Below, in pieces: positions 1 through 10,885 of a DNA stretch of 32,000 nt. The notes under the pieces were generated by a model. It ran no database searches. It was not told where the DNA came from and was given only the letters and a program-made list of their open reading frames with translations. Position numbers and translations under genes: made by a program. The stretch's first letter is position 1; every line of letters begins with the position of its first letter. The stretch is from Bacillota bacterium (GTDB lineage: Bacteria; Bacillota; Clostridia; TANB77; CAG-465). Location of the stretch: positions 93,338 to 125,337 of the forward strand of contig JAEWPS010000038.1 of NCBI GenBank assembly GCA_023460515.1, written 5' to 3'.

Positions 1-594
1 CTTTACCTAATATTGTTGTTGGAATTGTATTAAATATTATATCGAATTTATCCAAATATTCACTTAAATTAGTTAAATTAATAGGTATATATCCCATTGC
101 ACGTATTTCAGCTAAATCTTTTTCTTTTCTTGCCTCTACATATACATTGGAACCTATTCCGTGTAACATTTTACTAAGTATCTTACCTATTCTTCCAAAT
201 CCCATAACCAAGACATTTGATGAACATAAAGTAAAATCTGTTATTTCCATAGCCGTAGCAATAGCCCCTTCTGCCGTTGGTATACCATTTAATATAGCTA
301 TTTCATCTAAATCCATTAAATCATAATATTTTATATTACCTTTATTCATTTTGTCTTTTATATTATTTTGTATCGCCCCTGAAAATATTACTTTATCTTT
401 TATATTAGGTAAAGTGAAAATTTCATCTAAAGTTAAAATTTCTCCATTAATTTTTTCACCATCTCTAGAAAGTGGTATCGGAGCAATTATATAATCTCCA
501 TCGATATAATCTGAAATTTTTTTACCTTCATTCACATATAATTCCCTTAATTTTACGCTTCTACCATCTGTTCCAAGAATACAATATTTTTTCA
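1..594 (-). CDS. dpaA: Dipicolinate synthase subunit A, N-terminal part; the 3' end runs off the window
   Basis: Manual minus-strand translation from ATG at 592-594 gives MKKYCILGTDGRSVKLRELY...NVLVMGFGRIGKILSKMLHGIGSNVYVEARK. This has a Rossmann GxGxxG motif and overall SpoVFA-like layout. The ORF is open to position 1. Confidence 0.75.
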
Positions 595-636
595 TATAAT
601 CACCTAATTAACTATATTCGAAAAAATATATTAATA

Positions 637-1794
637 TTACTTTATTTCTAAGTTTTTAACTAATCTATATATTACCTCATCTAACTTACTCTTATTTTTA
701 ATTCTTATTTTACTTTTTACTAAACTTAAAAAATCCTTAAATTCATATACCTTAAATTGTTCTATATTTTCTTTTAAAGCCACATATTCTACAAGTGCTT
801 GTATTACATCTTTATATGTTGCAGCGCCTTTAAAACCTATTTTATTAATTAAAGCCGGTATAACTATTTCAAGTAAAGGCTTTTTAGAATCATGGCTTGT
901 CAGTTTAAGTAATGTATATATTTTGTTTAATTCTATTTGATTATATTCAATTAAGCTATTTAAATATATTTCTTCTGAAAGTGGATTAAAGTAGTATTCA
1001 AACCCGTCTAAATTATCTAACACTTTTAAGGCATCATAATATCCTAAATTAAGCAGATAATTAGATGTTTTACTTTCAAAATTAAGTATGTTTGGTAAAG
1101 CATTTCTTGGCTCTACAATTTTAAGTGATATATCATTTTGTTTTCTTATCCTATTAATATCTTTAATTTTAAAAAAAGAACCAGTCCTTATGACAAATAT
1201 TTTTTTAAAATTATTATCTGCTAACATATTTAAAGGACAATTGTTATATACACCACCATCTATAAAAAACTTCTCTCCTATTGGTTCTTGCTTAAATCCA
1301 GGTAATCTAGAACTTGCCATTATATAATCTTTAAGCATGCCTTGTGGTATATCTTCTACAAATAGTTCATACGGCTTTTTTTCAGTCAAAGAATATGTAA
1401 CTAAACCAAATTTAATTTTAGAATTTCTTATTTTATCTTCATCAATATGATCATCTAAAAATTTTCTCATTTTTGCAGTATCTACTCCACCATTTTTAAC
1501 CATCTGTGTAAATTTTTTAGACATATATTTTACTATATCCAAATTTATATTTTTCTTAAGTGCAAGTGTAAGTTTATTTTCATCTATATTGAATAAAGTA
1601 GTATATTTTATATTTGCCCAAACATCATATGCTACTTGAAAATCCCCTTGTGCTATCATTGCACCATTTACAGACCCAATTGATGTTCCAGTTACTCCTG
1701 TTATATTATATCCTTTTTCAAGTATAGCTTTAACAGCTCCCATATGGTAAGCTCCTCTTGCTCCACCACCTTCTAAAACAATTCCACAATCCAT
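637..1794 (-). CDS. Patatin-like phospholipase family protein
   Basis: Has the GGGARGAYHMG oxyanion motif, the GTSIGS (GxSxG) nucleophile and a DGG motif later. RBS AAAGGTGA lies 6 nt upstream of the ATG. Confidence 0.85.
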   Translation of the reverse strand: MDCGIVLEGGGARGAYHMGAVKAILEKGYNITGVTGTSIGSVNGAMIAQGDFQVAYDVWANIKYTTLFNIDENKLTLALKKNINLDIVKYMSKKFTQMVKNGGVDTAKMRKFLDDHIDEDKIRNSKIKFGLVTYSLTEKKPYELFVEDIPQGMLKDYIMASSRLPGFKQEPIGEKFFIDGGVYNNCPLNMLADNNFKKIFVIRTGSFFKIKDINRIRKQNDISLKIVEPRNALPNILNFESKTSNYLLNLGYYDALKVLDNLDGFEYYFNPLSEEIYLNSLIEYNQIELNKIYTLLKLTSHDSKKPLLEIVIPALINKIGFKGAATYKDVIQALVEYVALKENIEQFKVYEFKDFLSLVKSKIRIKNKSKLDEVIYRLVKNLEIK

Positions 1795-1823
1795 ATATTA
1801 TCACCTTTTCTTAAAATATATAA

Positions 1824-2963
<1,140 letters not shown>

Positions 2964-3087
2964 TCATAACTAATATAATACTATATTTTTGCAAGTTTTT
3001 CAAGTATTTTATGTTAATTAAGCAAAATTGGTAATAAAACACAGAAAAACAAATTACTATTAAACATAAATCAAAACTTAATTTAAG

Positions 3088-3119
3088 TAAAAACAAACGG
3101 GGAAAATTTTTCCCCGTTT
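3088..3119 (-). terminator. Rho-independent terminator downstream of the 3125-3451 gene
   Basis: Perfect 9-bp stem aaacgggga / tccccgttt (3095-3103 / 3111-3119), followed by a T-run on the minus strand. Confidence 0.7.
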
Positions 3120-3124
3120 AAATA

Positions 3125-3451
3125 TTAAACATTATTAGTAAGTACTGATAATACAGTATAGATAAACATTGTTAATATAATACTCAAACACATTCTTTGC
3201 ATCACATTAGAATAATTATACAATATTTTACCTATACTTTTTTTATTTATCTCTTCAAACAAAATTTCAAAAAAGATTGGAACTATAAATGTTATTACTA
3301 AAACAATTACACTAACAATTTTCATATTCACTTCATGCCTTAAAGATATAATACCTAGTATAGTATAGATAAAACCTATAAAGCCTGGAAATACTAAATA
3401 CAGAAAGTGATGTTTTGTTTTTTCAGTAACATTAATAAAGTTCCGACACAT
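3125..3451 (-). CDS. Small hypothetical integral membrane protein, about 3 hydrophobic helices
   Basis: 108-aa ORF with a GGGGGA RBS 6 nt upstream and its own terminator. I recognise no family. Confidence 0.55.
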   Translation of the reverse strand: MCRNFINVTEKTKHHFLYLVFPGFIGFIYTILGIISLRHEVNMKIVSVIVLVITFIVPIFFEILFEEINKKSIGKILYNYSNVMQRMCLSIILTMFIYTVLSVLTNNV

Positions 3452-3530
3452 TTGAATTCCCCCATAAAATTATTTTAATAAGGAATAATACTAAATTCCA
3501 AACATATTATATCATATATTTGTAATTATG

Positions 3531-4745
3531 TCAACCATTTCTTTTTATTCTATACATTTTCATATCTTTTGTATATAAACCTCTCACAGCATCCTTTAAT
3601 GTTTTTGCACCAATAATACTAAACAATATTCCATTACCTCCATAACCTAAGTTACATAAACAATTTGGCATATCCTCTATTTCATCTATAATAGGTAATG
3701 AATCTACAGTATTTGCAAATGTGCTATTATATGCAAATTCTATTTCTGGACTTTCTACATTATGAAATAATTTATTCAAACATAAATTTAATCTTGCGTA
3801 TTTATCTTTACTAATATTTTTCATATAATTTTCATCAGACATCTTACTACAAACTTTAATATCTTCACCACCAAATATTATCCTATTATCTTTTGTAAAT
3901 CTTATATAATGATGTGGTTCGCACATATCTTTTATAACAAAAGATGTGTCTAGTTTACTAAGTTGTGGCAAAGGCTTAGTTATTATACTAAATGTTTTAT
4001 ATAACTCGACTATATTAGTTTTTATATATTTCAAAGATTCAATTCCACCTGTAAATATTAATTTATCTGATTTTATTTTAAATTTATTGTTAGTAGTACA
4101 AATAACATTATCATAATTACATTTTATATCTTTTACTTCAGTATTTTCAAACACCTTAACATTATCTAATTTTTCCAAATACTCAAATAATTCTGTTGTA
4201 AACTTATACGGATCAATATCTGCACCAGCATTTTTCGTTACAATTCCACAGTTTAGACTTACAGTTGGGTTTTGGTCTATAAAAGTAACATCAAATCCTG
4301 CTTTTTTTCTTGTTTCATATTCTTTTATCATTGAACTTCTTTGCATAAGTTTATTGGTATAGTATAAACTATCCCTTTTTCTAAAATCGGATTTTTTACC
4401 AATTTCTTTTTCTATATTCTCTATATCTGAAATAGCTTCTAAACACAATTCGTATACTCTCTTTGCACTATGAACGCCTAATGCCTTTTCTAATTTATAT
4501 AAATCAATATCTACAGAATAGTCTAGAATTGCCGTAGACGCACTAGTAGTACCATATCCTATTATATTTTTTTCAACTACAACAATATTCATACCCTCTT
4601 TACTTAAATAGTAGGCAGTTATCGCTCCGGCAATTCCTCCACCTACTATTAATACATCACAATAAATATCCTTTGTCAAATATGAATATGTATTTTTTAT
4701 TTCATTTTTTTTAGTCCAAAAAACATTACCATTTGTAAGTTGCAT
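3531..4745 (-). CDS. FAD-dependent oxidoreductase, DAO/glycine-oxidase-like family
   Basis: Has the dinucleotide-binding motif DVLIVGGGIAGAITAYYLSKEG. Start placed at MQLTNGN (ATG 4743-4745) with an AGAGGTG RBS. The upstream 60 codons of the ORF track look non-coding. Confidence 0.8.
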   Translation of the reverse strand: MQLTNGNVFWTKKNEIKNTYSYLTKDIYCDVLIVGGGIAGAITAYYLSKEGMNIVVVEKNIIGYGTTSASTAILDYSVDIDLYKLEKALGVHSAKRVYELCLEAISDIENIEKEIGKKSDFRKRDSLYYTNKLMQRSSMIKEYETRKKAGFDVTFIDQNPTVSLNCGIVTKNAGADIDPYKFTTELFEYLEKLDNVKVFENTEVKDIKCNYDNVICTTNNKFKIKSDKLIFTGGIESLKYIKTNIVELYKTFSIITKPLPQLSKLDTSFVIKDMCEPHHYIRFTKDNRIIFGGEDIKVCSKMSDENYMKNISKDKYARLNLCLNKLFHNVESPEIEFAYNSTFANTVDSLPIIDEIEDMPNCLCNLGYGGNGILFSIIGAKTLKDAVRGLYTKDMKMYRIKRNG

Positions 4746-4857
4746 ATATGTTACACCTCTTACTAATATTTTTACCAAAACATGAAAATTTATACAATAT
4801 TTTTTAATAATATTATATAAATTGCTAATACTATTGTTAAAAGGATGGTGATTTTTA

Positions 4858-5811
4858 GTGATAAAGAAAAGAAAACTAGTTATACTATTCGCATTTGTTT
4901 TGATGATTATACTTATCTCTAACATATTTGCAATAACAGTAAAAAGTTACAAACCTAAATATGGTTTAACAACAGATAATGTGAATTTTAGGTCAAGTAC
5001 ATCATTAGTATATGGTAGTATAATAAAACAAATAAGTAAAAATGTTAATATTAAAATGGTTGGAGAAACTGGTAATTTCTATATTGTACAACTTGCATCA
5101 AATGAAGTTGGTTTTATAGCTAAAGACTATGTGAAAGCAACTACAAATGCTCCCGATGCAAAAGTATATACAAGTTTAACTCCATATACAGCTACTGTTA
5201 CAGCAACTAGTGTAAATGTACGTAGAGGACCATCTACTAACTTTGCTAAAGTAAGTAGTTTAAATAAAGGAACTTCTGTAACCGTTATTGGTAAAATAGA
5301 TAATTTCTATACTGTTATTTATGGAACAAATAAAGTTGGTATGATAGAAGCAAGCTTAATCAAAAAAGGAACAAATACAACTACTTCAACTCCAACTCCC
5401 ACACCAACCAATCCAACTCCAAATACAAATTTATCTCTTGCTGATTTAGTTTTAAAATATATTAACGAAGCTAGAGCTGCTAATAGTCTTCCTGCTTTAA
5501 CAAAAGATTGGAAACTTGCAGACATAGCACAACGTAAATCTAATGAAATGGTTGAAAAAGATTATTTTCTGCATACTTCTCCTACATATGGAACACCTTT
5601 TGATATGATGAAAAATTTCGGAATAACTTATAAAACTGCAGGAGAAAATTTAGCAGGTAATTCAGATATGAAAGCTGCAGTAGATTCTTGGATGAATTCA
5701 GAAGGACATAGAAAAAATATTCTTTCAAATTCATATAATTTTATTGGAATTGGTGTTACAAAAAGTGAAAAGTATGGATATATAATATCAGCTATGTTTA
5801 TTGGTAAATAA
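4858..5811 (+). CDS. Secreted protein with two SH3b-like repeats, a Thr/Pro linker and a C-terminal CAP/SCP (YkwD-like) domain
   Basis: Signal-anchor N-terminus. Two repeats of the type VNFRSS...G.I and VNVRRGPSTNFAKV. TSTPTPTPTNPTPNT linker. The C-terminus (NEARAANSLPAL...GENLA...W.NSEGHRKNIL) is typical of the YkwD/CAP family of spore formers. Confidence 0.8.
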   Translation: MIKKRKLVILFAFVLMIILISNIFAITVKSYKPKYGLTTDNVNFRSSTSLVYGSIIKQISKNVNIKMVGETGNFYIVQLASNEVGFIAKDYVKATTNAPDAKVYTSLTPYTATVTATSVNVRRGPSTNFAKVSSLNKGTSVTVIGKIDNFYTVIYGTNKVGMIEASLIKKGTNTTTSTPTPTPTNPTPNTNLSLADLVLKYINEARAANSLPALTKDWKLADIAQRKSNEMVEKDYFLHTSPTYGTPFDMMKNFGITYKTAGENLAGNSDMKAAVDSWMNSEGHRKNILSNSYNFIGIGVTKSEKYGYIISAMFIGK

Positions 5812-5837
5812 TATAATTACTTAATTATATAAAAAAT

Positions 5838-5875
5838 AAAAAACAATATTATGAAAAATATTGTTTTTTATTTGT
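5838..5875. terminator. Bidirectional hairpin terminator between convergent genes
   Basis: 13-bp perfect stem aaaaaacaatatt / aatattgtttttt with a 6-nt loop. A/T runs on both sides. Confidence 0.6.
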
Positions 5876-5913
5876 ATATTTTATATTATGTATTATTTAA
5901 ATGTAAATACATA

Positions 5914-6844
5914 TTACTTAGAAGCATCCATCATTTTAGGAGCAAGTTGTTTTTTTCTTGATACTACACATGGCAAAAATGCTCTATTAGCAATTAGTTT
6001 TATATTAAATGCTTTTTCAACAACGTCTGTTCTATTTCCTAAAGCAATTATCTCCGAATTACAATTTATAATATCTGTTACTGCAACTAGGAACGTGTCT
6101 AACTTTTTTGATTCAATAATTTTCTTCATAGATACTTCTATTTCACTTTGTCTATCTAAAATATTATTTAAATCAACAGCATTTATTTGAGCAATTTCAA
6201 CCTTTAATCCGGTTGCAATCAAATTCTTTAGAATCTATCTTTATTAATTCATCTGAAGAAAGTTCACTTAAATCTGCTCCTGATTTTAATAGATCTAATC
6301 CATAGGTATTAATATTGATGTTTAATTTATCTGCTAATTCATTTGCAGTTGATATATCAATTGGAGTAGTTGTTGGTGATTTAAATAATAGTGTATCAGA
6401 TATTATTGCACTTAAAAGTAATATGTTAACCTCTTCATTATCTAATCCATTTACTTCTTTTAATAACCCATATAATATAGTAGAAGCACTTCCAAATGGT
6501 TTTGCAATATATTCTAATGGTTCAATTGTTCTAAAATTATCTATTTTATGATGATCTATAACTATTTTTATTTTTGCGTTCTCTATGTTTCCAATACTTT
6601 GTGAAAATTCGTTATGATCTACTAGAGCAACAATATCTCCATCTTCTAACTCTGTAACTACCGGTAACTTAGTTTTTAAACTAAACTTATTAAAAACATA
6701 TTTAGCCTCTTTATTAAGTTCACCTAAAATTAACATTTCCGAATCAACTTCATCTCTTATTTTTAAAAAATGTGCTAATCCAACCGTACACGCTACTGAA
6801 TCTAAATCTGGACATCTATGTCCAAATATTTTTAAATTTCCCAT
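5914..6844 (-). pseudogene. ppaC: Manganese-dependent (family II, DHH-DHHA2) inorganic pyrophosphatase interrupted by a +1 frameshift near 6211-6212
   Basis: The N-terminal ORF (6197-6844) carries the DHH motifs FGHRCPDLDS, DHNE and DHHKI. The C-terminal ORF (5914-6222) carries DHHA2 (VTDIINCNSEIIALG...VSRKKQ). Joined, they give about 310 aa, colinear with family II PPases. Confidence 0.8.
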
Positions 6845-8304
6845 TAATTAATCTCTCCTTTATTTTCTAATACTTTAATTAATAACTCATTTACTGTTTT
6901 AGGGTTTGCTTTTCCTTTAGATAGTTTCATTATTTGACCTACTAAAAATCCGATTGCTTTATCTTTTCCAGCTAAATAATCTGAAACTGATTGATCATTT
7001 TCATTAACTACTTGTTCTACTATTTTTAAAATAGCTGATTCATCAGTTATCTGTACTAATCCTTTTTCTTCAACTATTTCTTTTGCATCTTTTCCTGTTT
7101 CGAACATTTCAATAAATACCTTTTTAGCCATTGCAGAAGATATAACATTAGTATCAATTAATTTTATTAAATTAGCTAAATTAGATTCAGTTATTTTACT
7201 TTGGTTTATTTCAATACCCACTTCATTTAACATTTTAGAAAAATCACTCATAATCCAGTTTGTAACTGCTTTTGGATTATTACATAAACTTACAGTATTA
7301 TCAAAATAATTAGCCAATATTTTTGAGTTTGTTATTTGAGAAGCATCATATTCAGATAACATATATTGCTGCATATATCTTGTTTTTCTCGCATTTGGCA
7401 TTTCTGGTAAATTATTTTTAATATTTTTAACATATTCTTCAGATAATACTATAGGTGCTAGATCTGGTTCTTCAAAGTATCTATAATCATGCGCATCTTC
7501 TTTTGTTCTCATTGCATAACCTATACCTTTACTATCATCAAATCGTCTTGTTTCTTGGTATATTGTTCCACCATTTTCTATTTCTTCTATCTGTCTTCTT
7601 ATTTCAAATTCTATTGATCTTTGAATAGATTTAAACGAATTTAAATTCTTTGTTTCTGTTCTTGTTCCAAACTTAGGAGCTCCATATTTTCTAACAGATA
7701 AGTTAACATCACATCTTAACGAACCTTCTTGCATTTTACAATCACAAACTTCTAAATACTCTAATATACCTTTTAATGTTTGCATATATTCTATAGCTTC
7801 AGCAGCACTTCTTATATCTGGTTCAGATACTATCTCTATTAAAGGTACCGCACATCTATTCATATCTACTAAAGTTGATCCTGTAAATTCATCATGTATT
7901 AACTTACCAGCATCTTCTTCAATATGTATTCTTGTTATACCAATTTTTTTATGTTCTCCGTTTACCAATATATCTACATGTCCATTATTACAAAGTGGCA
8001 AATCATATTGAGATGTTTGATATGCTTTAGGTAAATCTGGATAAAAATAGTTTTTTCTATCTTGTTTAGAAAATTTAGCTATTTCACAATTTGTTGCAAG
8101 ACCCATTTTAACCGCAAACTCCACCACTTTTTCATTAAGCACTGGAAGTACTCCAGGCATACCTGTACATATTGGACAACAATGTGTATTAGGATCTGAT
8201 CCAAATTCTGTACTACAATTACAATATATTTTTGTTTTTGTAGCAAGCTCAGCATGTACTTCTAATCCTATTATTACTTCATATTCTTTTAATTTATCTT
8301 CCAT
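6844..8304 (-). CDS. gatB: Asp-tRNA(Asn)/Glu-tRNA(Gln) amidotransferase subunit B
   Basis: Full-length GatB similarity (VIGLEVHAELATKTKIYC, C-terminal YqeY-like tail). AGGAGG RBS. Confidence 0.96.
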   Translation of the reverse strand: MEDKLKEYEVIIGLEVHAELATKTKIYCNCSTEFGSDPNTHCCPICTGMPGVLPVLNEKVVEFAVKMGLATNCEIAKFSKQDRKNYFYPDLPKAYQTSQYDLPLCNNGHVDILVNGEHKKIGITRIHIEEDAGKLIHDEFTGSTLVDMNRCAVPLIEIVSEPDIRSAAEAIEYMQTLKGILEYLEVCDCKMQEGSLRCDVNLSVRKYGAPKFGTRTETKNLNSFKSIQRSIEFEIRRQIEEIENGGTIYQETRRFDDSKGIGYAMRTKEDAHDYRYFEEPDLAPIVLSEEYVKNIKNNLPEMPNARKTRYMQQYMLSEYDASQITNSKILANYFDNTVSLCNNPKAVTNWIMSDFSKMLNEVGIEINQSKITESNLANLIKLIDTNVISSAMAKKVFIEMFETGKDAKEIVEEKGLVQITDESAILKIVEQVVNENDQSVSDYLAGKDKAIGFLVGQIMKLSKGKANPKTVNELLIKVLENKGEIN

Positions 8305-8314
8305 ATACTGCCTC

Positions 8315-9775
8315 CTATATATTAGGTTTCATTTTATGAAACTCTGTATTTTGTTCAAAAGTGTATGCAGCTTGCAATAACTTTTTCTCTTCAAATGCTG
8401 AAGCTATAAATTGTAGTCCTATAGGCATATTATTGCTATCAAAACCACAAGGAATAGATATTCCAGGAAGACCAGCCATATTTACTGGTACTGTATATAT
8501 ATCCTCTAAATACATTTCTAATGGATTTGTTGTTTTTGCTCCAATTTTAAATGCTGTATTAGGTGCGGTTGGAATTGCTATTATATCACAACTTTCAAAC
8601 ACTCTTTTAAAATCATTTATTATTAATGTTCTAACCTTTTGTGCTTTTTTATAATATGCATCATAATATCCACTACTTAAAACATAAGTACCAAGCATTA
8701 TTCTTCTTTTTACTTCTTCTCCAAATCCTTCTGTTCTAGACTTTTTATATAAATCTAATAAATCTTCAAATTTATCTGTTCTATAACCATATTTTATACC
8801 ATCATATCTACCTAAGTTAGAAGAAGCTTCAGCAGTTGCTATTATATAATAAGTTGCAAGAGAGTATTTTATATAATCTAAATTAACATCTATTACCTTA
8901 GCACCATGTTCTACTAATTTATCTATACTGTTATCAAAAGCTTTCTTAACTTCTGGATTTAATCCTTCTTTTAAAAATTCTCTTGGTACACCAATAGTAA
9001 TATCTTTTACATCATTTATTAAATATTTAGTGTAATCTATTTTATTTAAGTTAACACTAGTTGTATCTTTATCATCATGTCCTACTATACTATTTAGCAT
9101 AATAGCCATATCTGTGACATCTTTTGTAAACGGTCCAATTTGATCTAACGAAGATGCAAAAGCAACTAATCCAAATCTTGATACTAATCCATATGTAGGT
9201 TTCATACCAACTGTACTACAATATGAAGCAGGTTGTCTTATACTACCACCAGTATCGCTACCAAGAGATGCAAATGCCATATCACTTGATACACTCGCTG
9301 CACTTCCACCACTAGATCCACCTGGAACTTTAGTAATATCCCATGGATTAACAGTTTTCTTAAAGTATGAGCTTTCTGTTGAAGAACCCATAGCAAATTC
9401 ATCCATGTTAGTTTTACCAATTATTATTGCACCTAAAGATTCTAGTCTTTCAACAACTGTTGCATCATAGGGAGATACAAAATTTTCTAACATTTTTGAA
9501 CCACATGTAGTTTTGACATCTTTAATACAGATATTGTCTTTTATAGCTATAGGAACCCCTCCTAAAATACCAATATCTTCTCCATCGTTTAGTTGTTTTT
9601 GTAATTTATCTGCACGTATATATGCATATTCTTTAGTTAAATTTATATATGCATTTACTTTAGTTTCAATATCATCTATTCTTGAATAGATACTATCTAA
9701 AACCTCTCTTATTGTTACTTCTTTTGATTTAATTTTATCCGATATTTCATGTATTGTTAAACTATATAATTCCAT
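8315..9775 (-). CDS. gatA: Glutamyl-tRNA(Gln) amidotransferase subunit A
   Basis: Amidase signature [11 protein letters not shown]...[12 protein letters not shown]. Start taken at [10 protein letters not shown] (ATG 9773-9775), just after the gatC stop. Confidence 0.96.
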   Translation of the reverse strand: MELYSLTIHEISDKIKSKEVTIREVLDSIYSRIDDIETKVNAYINLTKEYAYIRADKLQKQLNDGEDIGILGGVPIAIKDNICIKDVKTTCGSKMLENFVSPYDATVVERLESLGAIIIGKTNMDEFAMGSSTESSYFKKTVNPWDITKVPGGSSGGSAASVSSDMAFASLGSDTGGSIRQPASYCSTVGMKPTYGLVSRFGLVAFASSLDQIGPFTKDVTDMAIMLNSIVGHDDKDTTSVNLNKIDYTKYLINDVKDITIGVPREFLKEGLNPEVKKAFDNSIDKLVEHGAKVIDVNLDYIKYSLATYYIIATAEASSNLGRYDGIKYGYRTDKFEDLLDLYKKSRTEGFGEEVKRRIMLGTYVLSSGYYDAYYKKAQKVRTLIINDFKRVFESCDIIAIPTAPNTAFKIGAKTTNPLEMYLEDIYTVPVNMAGLPGISIPCGFDSNNMPIGLQFIASAFEEKKLLQAAYTFEQNTEFHKMKPNI

Positions 9776-9776
9776 A

Positions 9777-10064
9777 TTACTCCACCACCTTTGGTAAACT
9801 AATGCATCCTGATTCTTTTGTTGGAGCATTTTCTAAAATTCTATCTCTACTATATGAAGGTTTAACTTCATCTTTTCTAAATACGTTTACATTTTCTAAA
9901 ATATGTGCTGTAGGTTTAACATCATCAGTATTTAATTTACTGATTTCATTTGCCATATCTACAATATTAGATAATGTCTCAGCATATTTATCTACCATAT
10001 TATCTTCTACATTAATCCTAGATAAATTAGCTATGTGTTTTATTTCTTCTCTTGATATACTCAT
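9777..10064 (-). CDS. gatC: Asp/Glu-tRNA amidotransferase subunit C
   Basis: 95 aa with the [19 protein letters not shown] motif typical of GatC. GGGAGG RBS. First gene of the gatCAB order. Confidence 0.9.
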   Translation of the reverse strand: MSISREEIKHIANLSRINVEDNMVDKYAETLSNIVDMANEISKLNTDDVKPTAHILENVNVFRKDEVKPSYSRDRILENAPTKESGCISLPKVVE

Positions 10065-10094
10065 ATATGGTTCCTCCCTAATTCAATAAGTATT

Positions 10095-10123
10095 ATTATA
10101 TATTAAAAGTAGCAAAAAATCAA
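10095..10123 (-). promoter_or_regulatory. Putative sigma-A promoter of gatCAB
   Basis: Minus strand reads TTGATT, 17 nt, TATAAT, about 30 nt upstream of the gatC RBS. Confidence 0.45.
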
Positions 10124-10162
10124 GGGAATACGCAAAATTAATTAATTATGTAAAAATATGGA

Positions 10163-10197
10163 CAAAAAATGAACTGTATAAGGATTGTATACAGTTC
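10163..10197 (-). terminator. Rho-independent terminator downstream of the 10234-10668 gene
   Basis: Perfect 10-bp stem gaactgtata / tatacagttc, followed by TTTTTT on the minus strand. Confidence 0.7.
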
Positions 10198-10233
10198 ACA
10201 TATATAATATCTATAAAGATTTTTGCATTCGAA

Positions 10234-10668
10234 TTAACTAATTTTAAATGTTTCTTTTTTAACTAAACCAGTTGTATTTATATAATAATCATGTTCCTCT
10301 ATTATTTCTTCTACTTTAACAGAAATATCAAAGATTTCATAACAATTAATAATATAACCATTAAATTCATTTAGTTCCAAATATTTATTTACTTTATTTA
10401 TAAATGATTCTTTACCATTCACTACAAAAACAAAGGTCTCTTTTTCATAATCGTTTATTACACCTTCATTAAGCCACTCTGTAAAGAACGAATTATCTTG
10501 CATTTTTTTATAAAACTTTGAAATTATATTTTTTAATCTTTTCTTTTCACTTTTTTCGTTAATATATACCACCTTTACATTGTTCAATTCATTTGAAATA
10601 AAGTTGTTTGCTATTATACAAGAATGTGTATAATTTACTGTAAAACAACATAACTTAATTTTATTCAT
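10234..10668 (-). CDS. Hypothetical cytoplasmic protein of about 144 aa, no recognisable family
   Basis: ORF with its own terminator. Start chosen at MNKIKL (ATG 10666-10668), 11 nt after a GGGGA motif. The upstream ORF-track start overlaps that RBS. Confidence 0.5.
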   Translation of the reverse strand: MNKIKLCCFTVNYTHSCIIANNFISNELNNVKVVYINEKSEKKRLKNIISKFYKKMQDNSFFTEWLNEGVINDYEKETFVFVVNGKESFINKVNKYLELNEFNGYIINCYEIFDISVKVEEIIEEHDYYINTTGLVKKETFKIS

Positions 10669-10885
10669 CTTTTGTACCATCCCCTTATGTAATAATTTTA
10701 GCACACCAAAAATTATAAGTCAACGAAAAAAAATGACTAATTTTATCCTCTTTTGACTAAAAAAACAGAATAAAATACTAGATTAAAATCTGACACTAAT
10801 TTAAGATTTTTTAATACTTTTTTTGCTATTTTTAGATAGTTTAAATATTTTAAAAATACTAACAATATATGTAGGTGATTTATAA

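Noticed and set aside
637-1794. Patatin-like protein as the effector of a CBASS-like or other anti-phage system.
   Set aside because: There is no adjacent cyclase, sensor, ATPase or other defence-associated gene. Its neighbours are dpaA and tgt.
4746-4925. Long N-terminal extensions in the ORF track, for the FAD oxidoreductase (4746-4925), gatA (9776-9829), rubrerythrin (25593-25628), paralog B (31011-31040), topB (20730-20801) and the 10234 gene (10669-10704).
   Set aside because: Internal starts have proper Shine-Dalgarno sequences at 5-11 nt and match where the homologous families begin. The extensions overlap promoters or neighbouring genes.
10065-10233. T-box or other riboswitch leader upstream of gatCAB, and a preQ1-type element upstream of tgt (2952-3087).
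   Set aside because: After subtracting the upstream terminator and the promoter, the gatC leader is only about 30 nt, far too short for a T-box. I saw no conserved riboswitch core sequence in either region.
10705-10885. Sigma-F-type promoter for spoIIR.
   Set aside because: It is expected biologically, but I could not find a convincing match to the -35/-10 consensus by eye.
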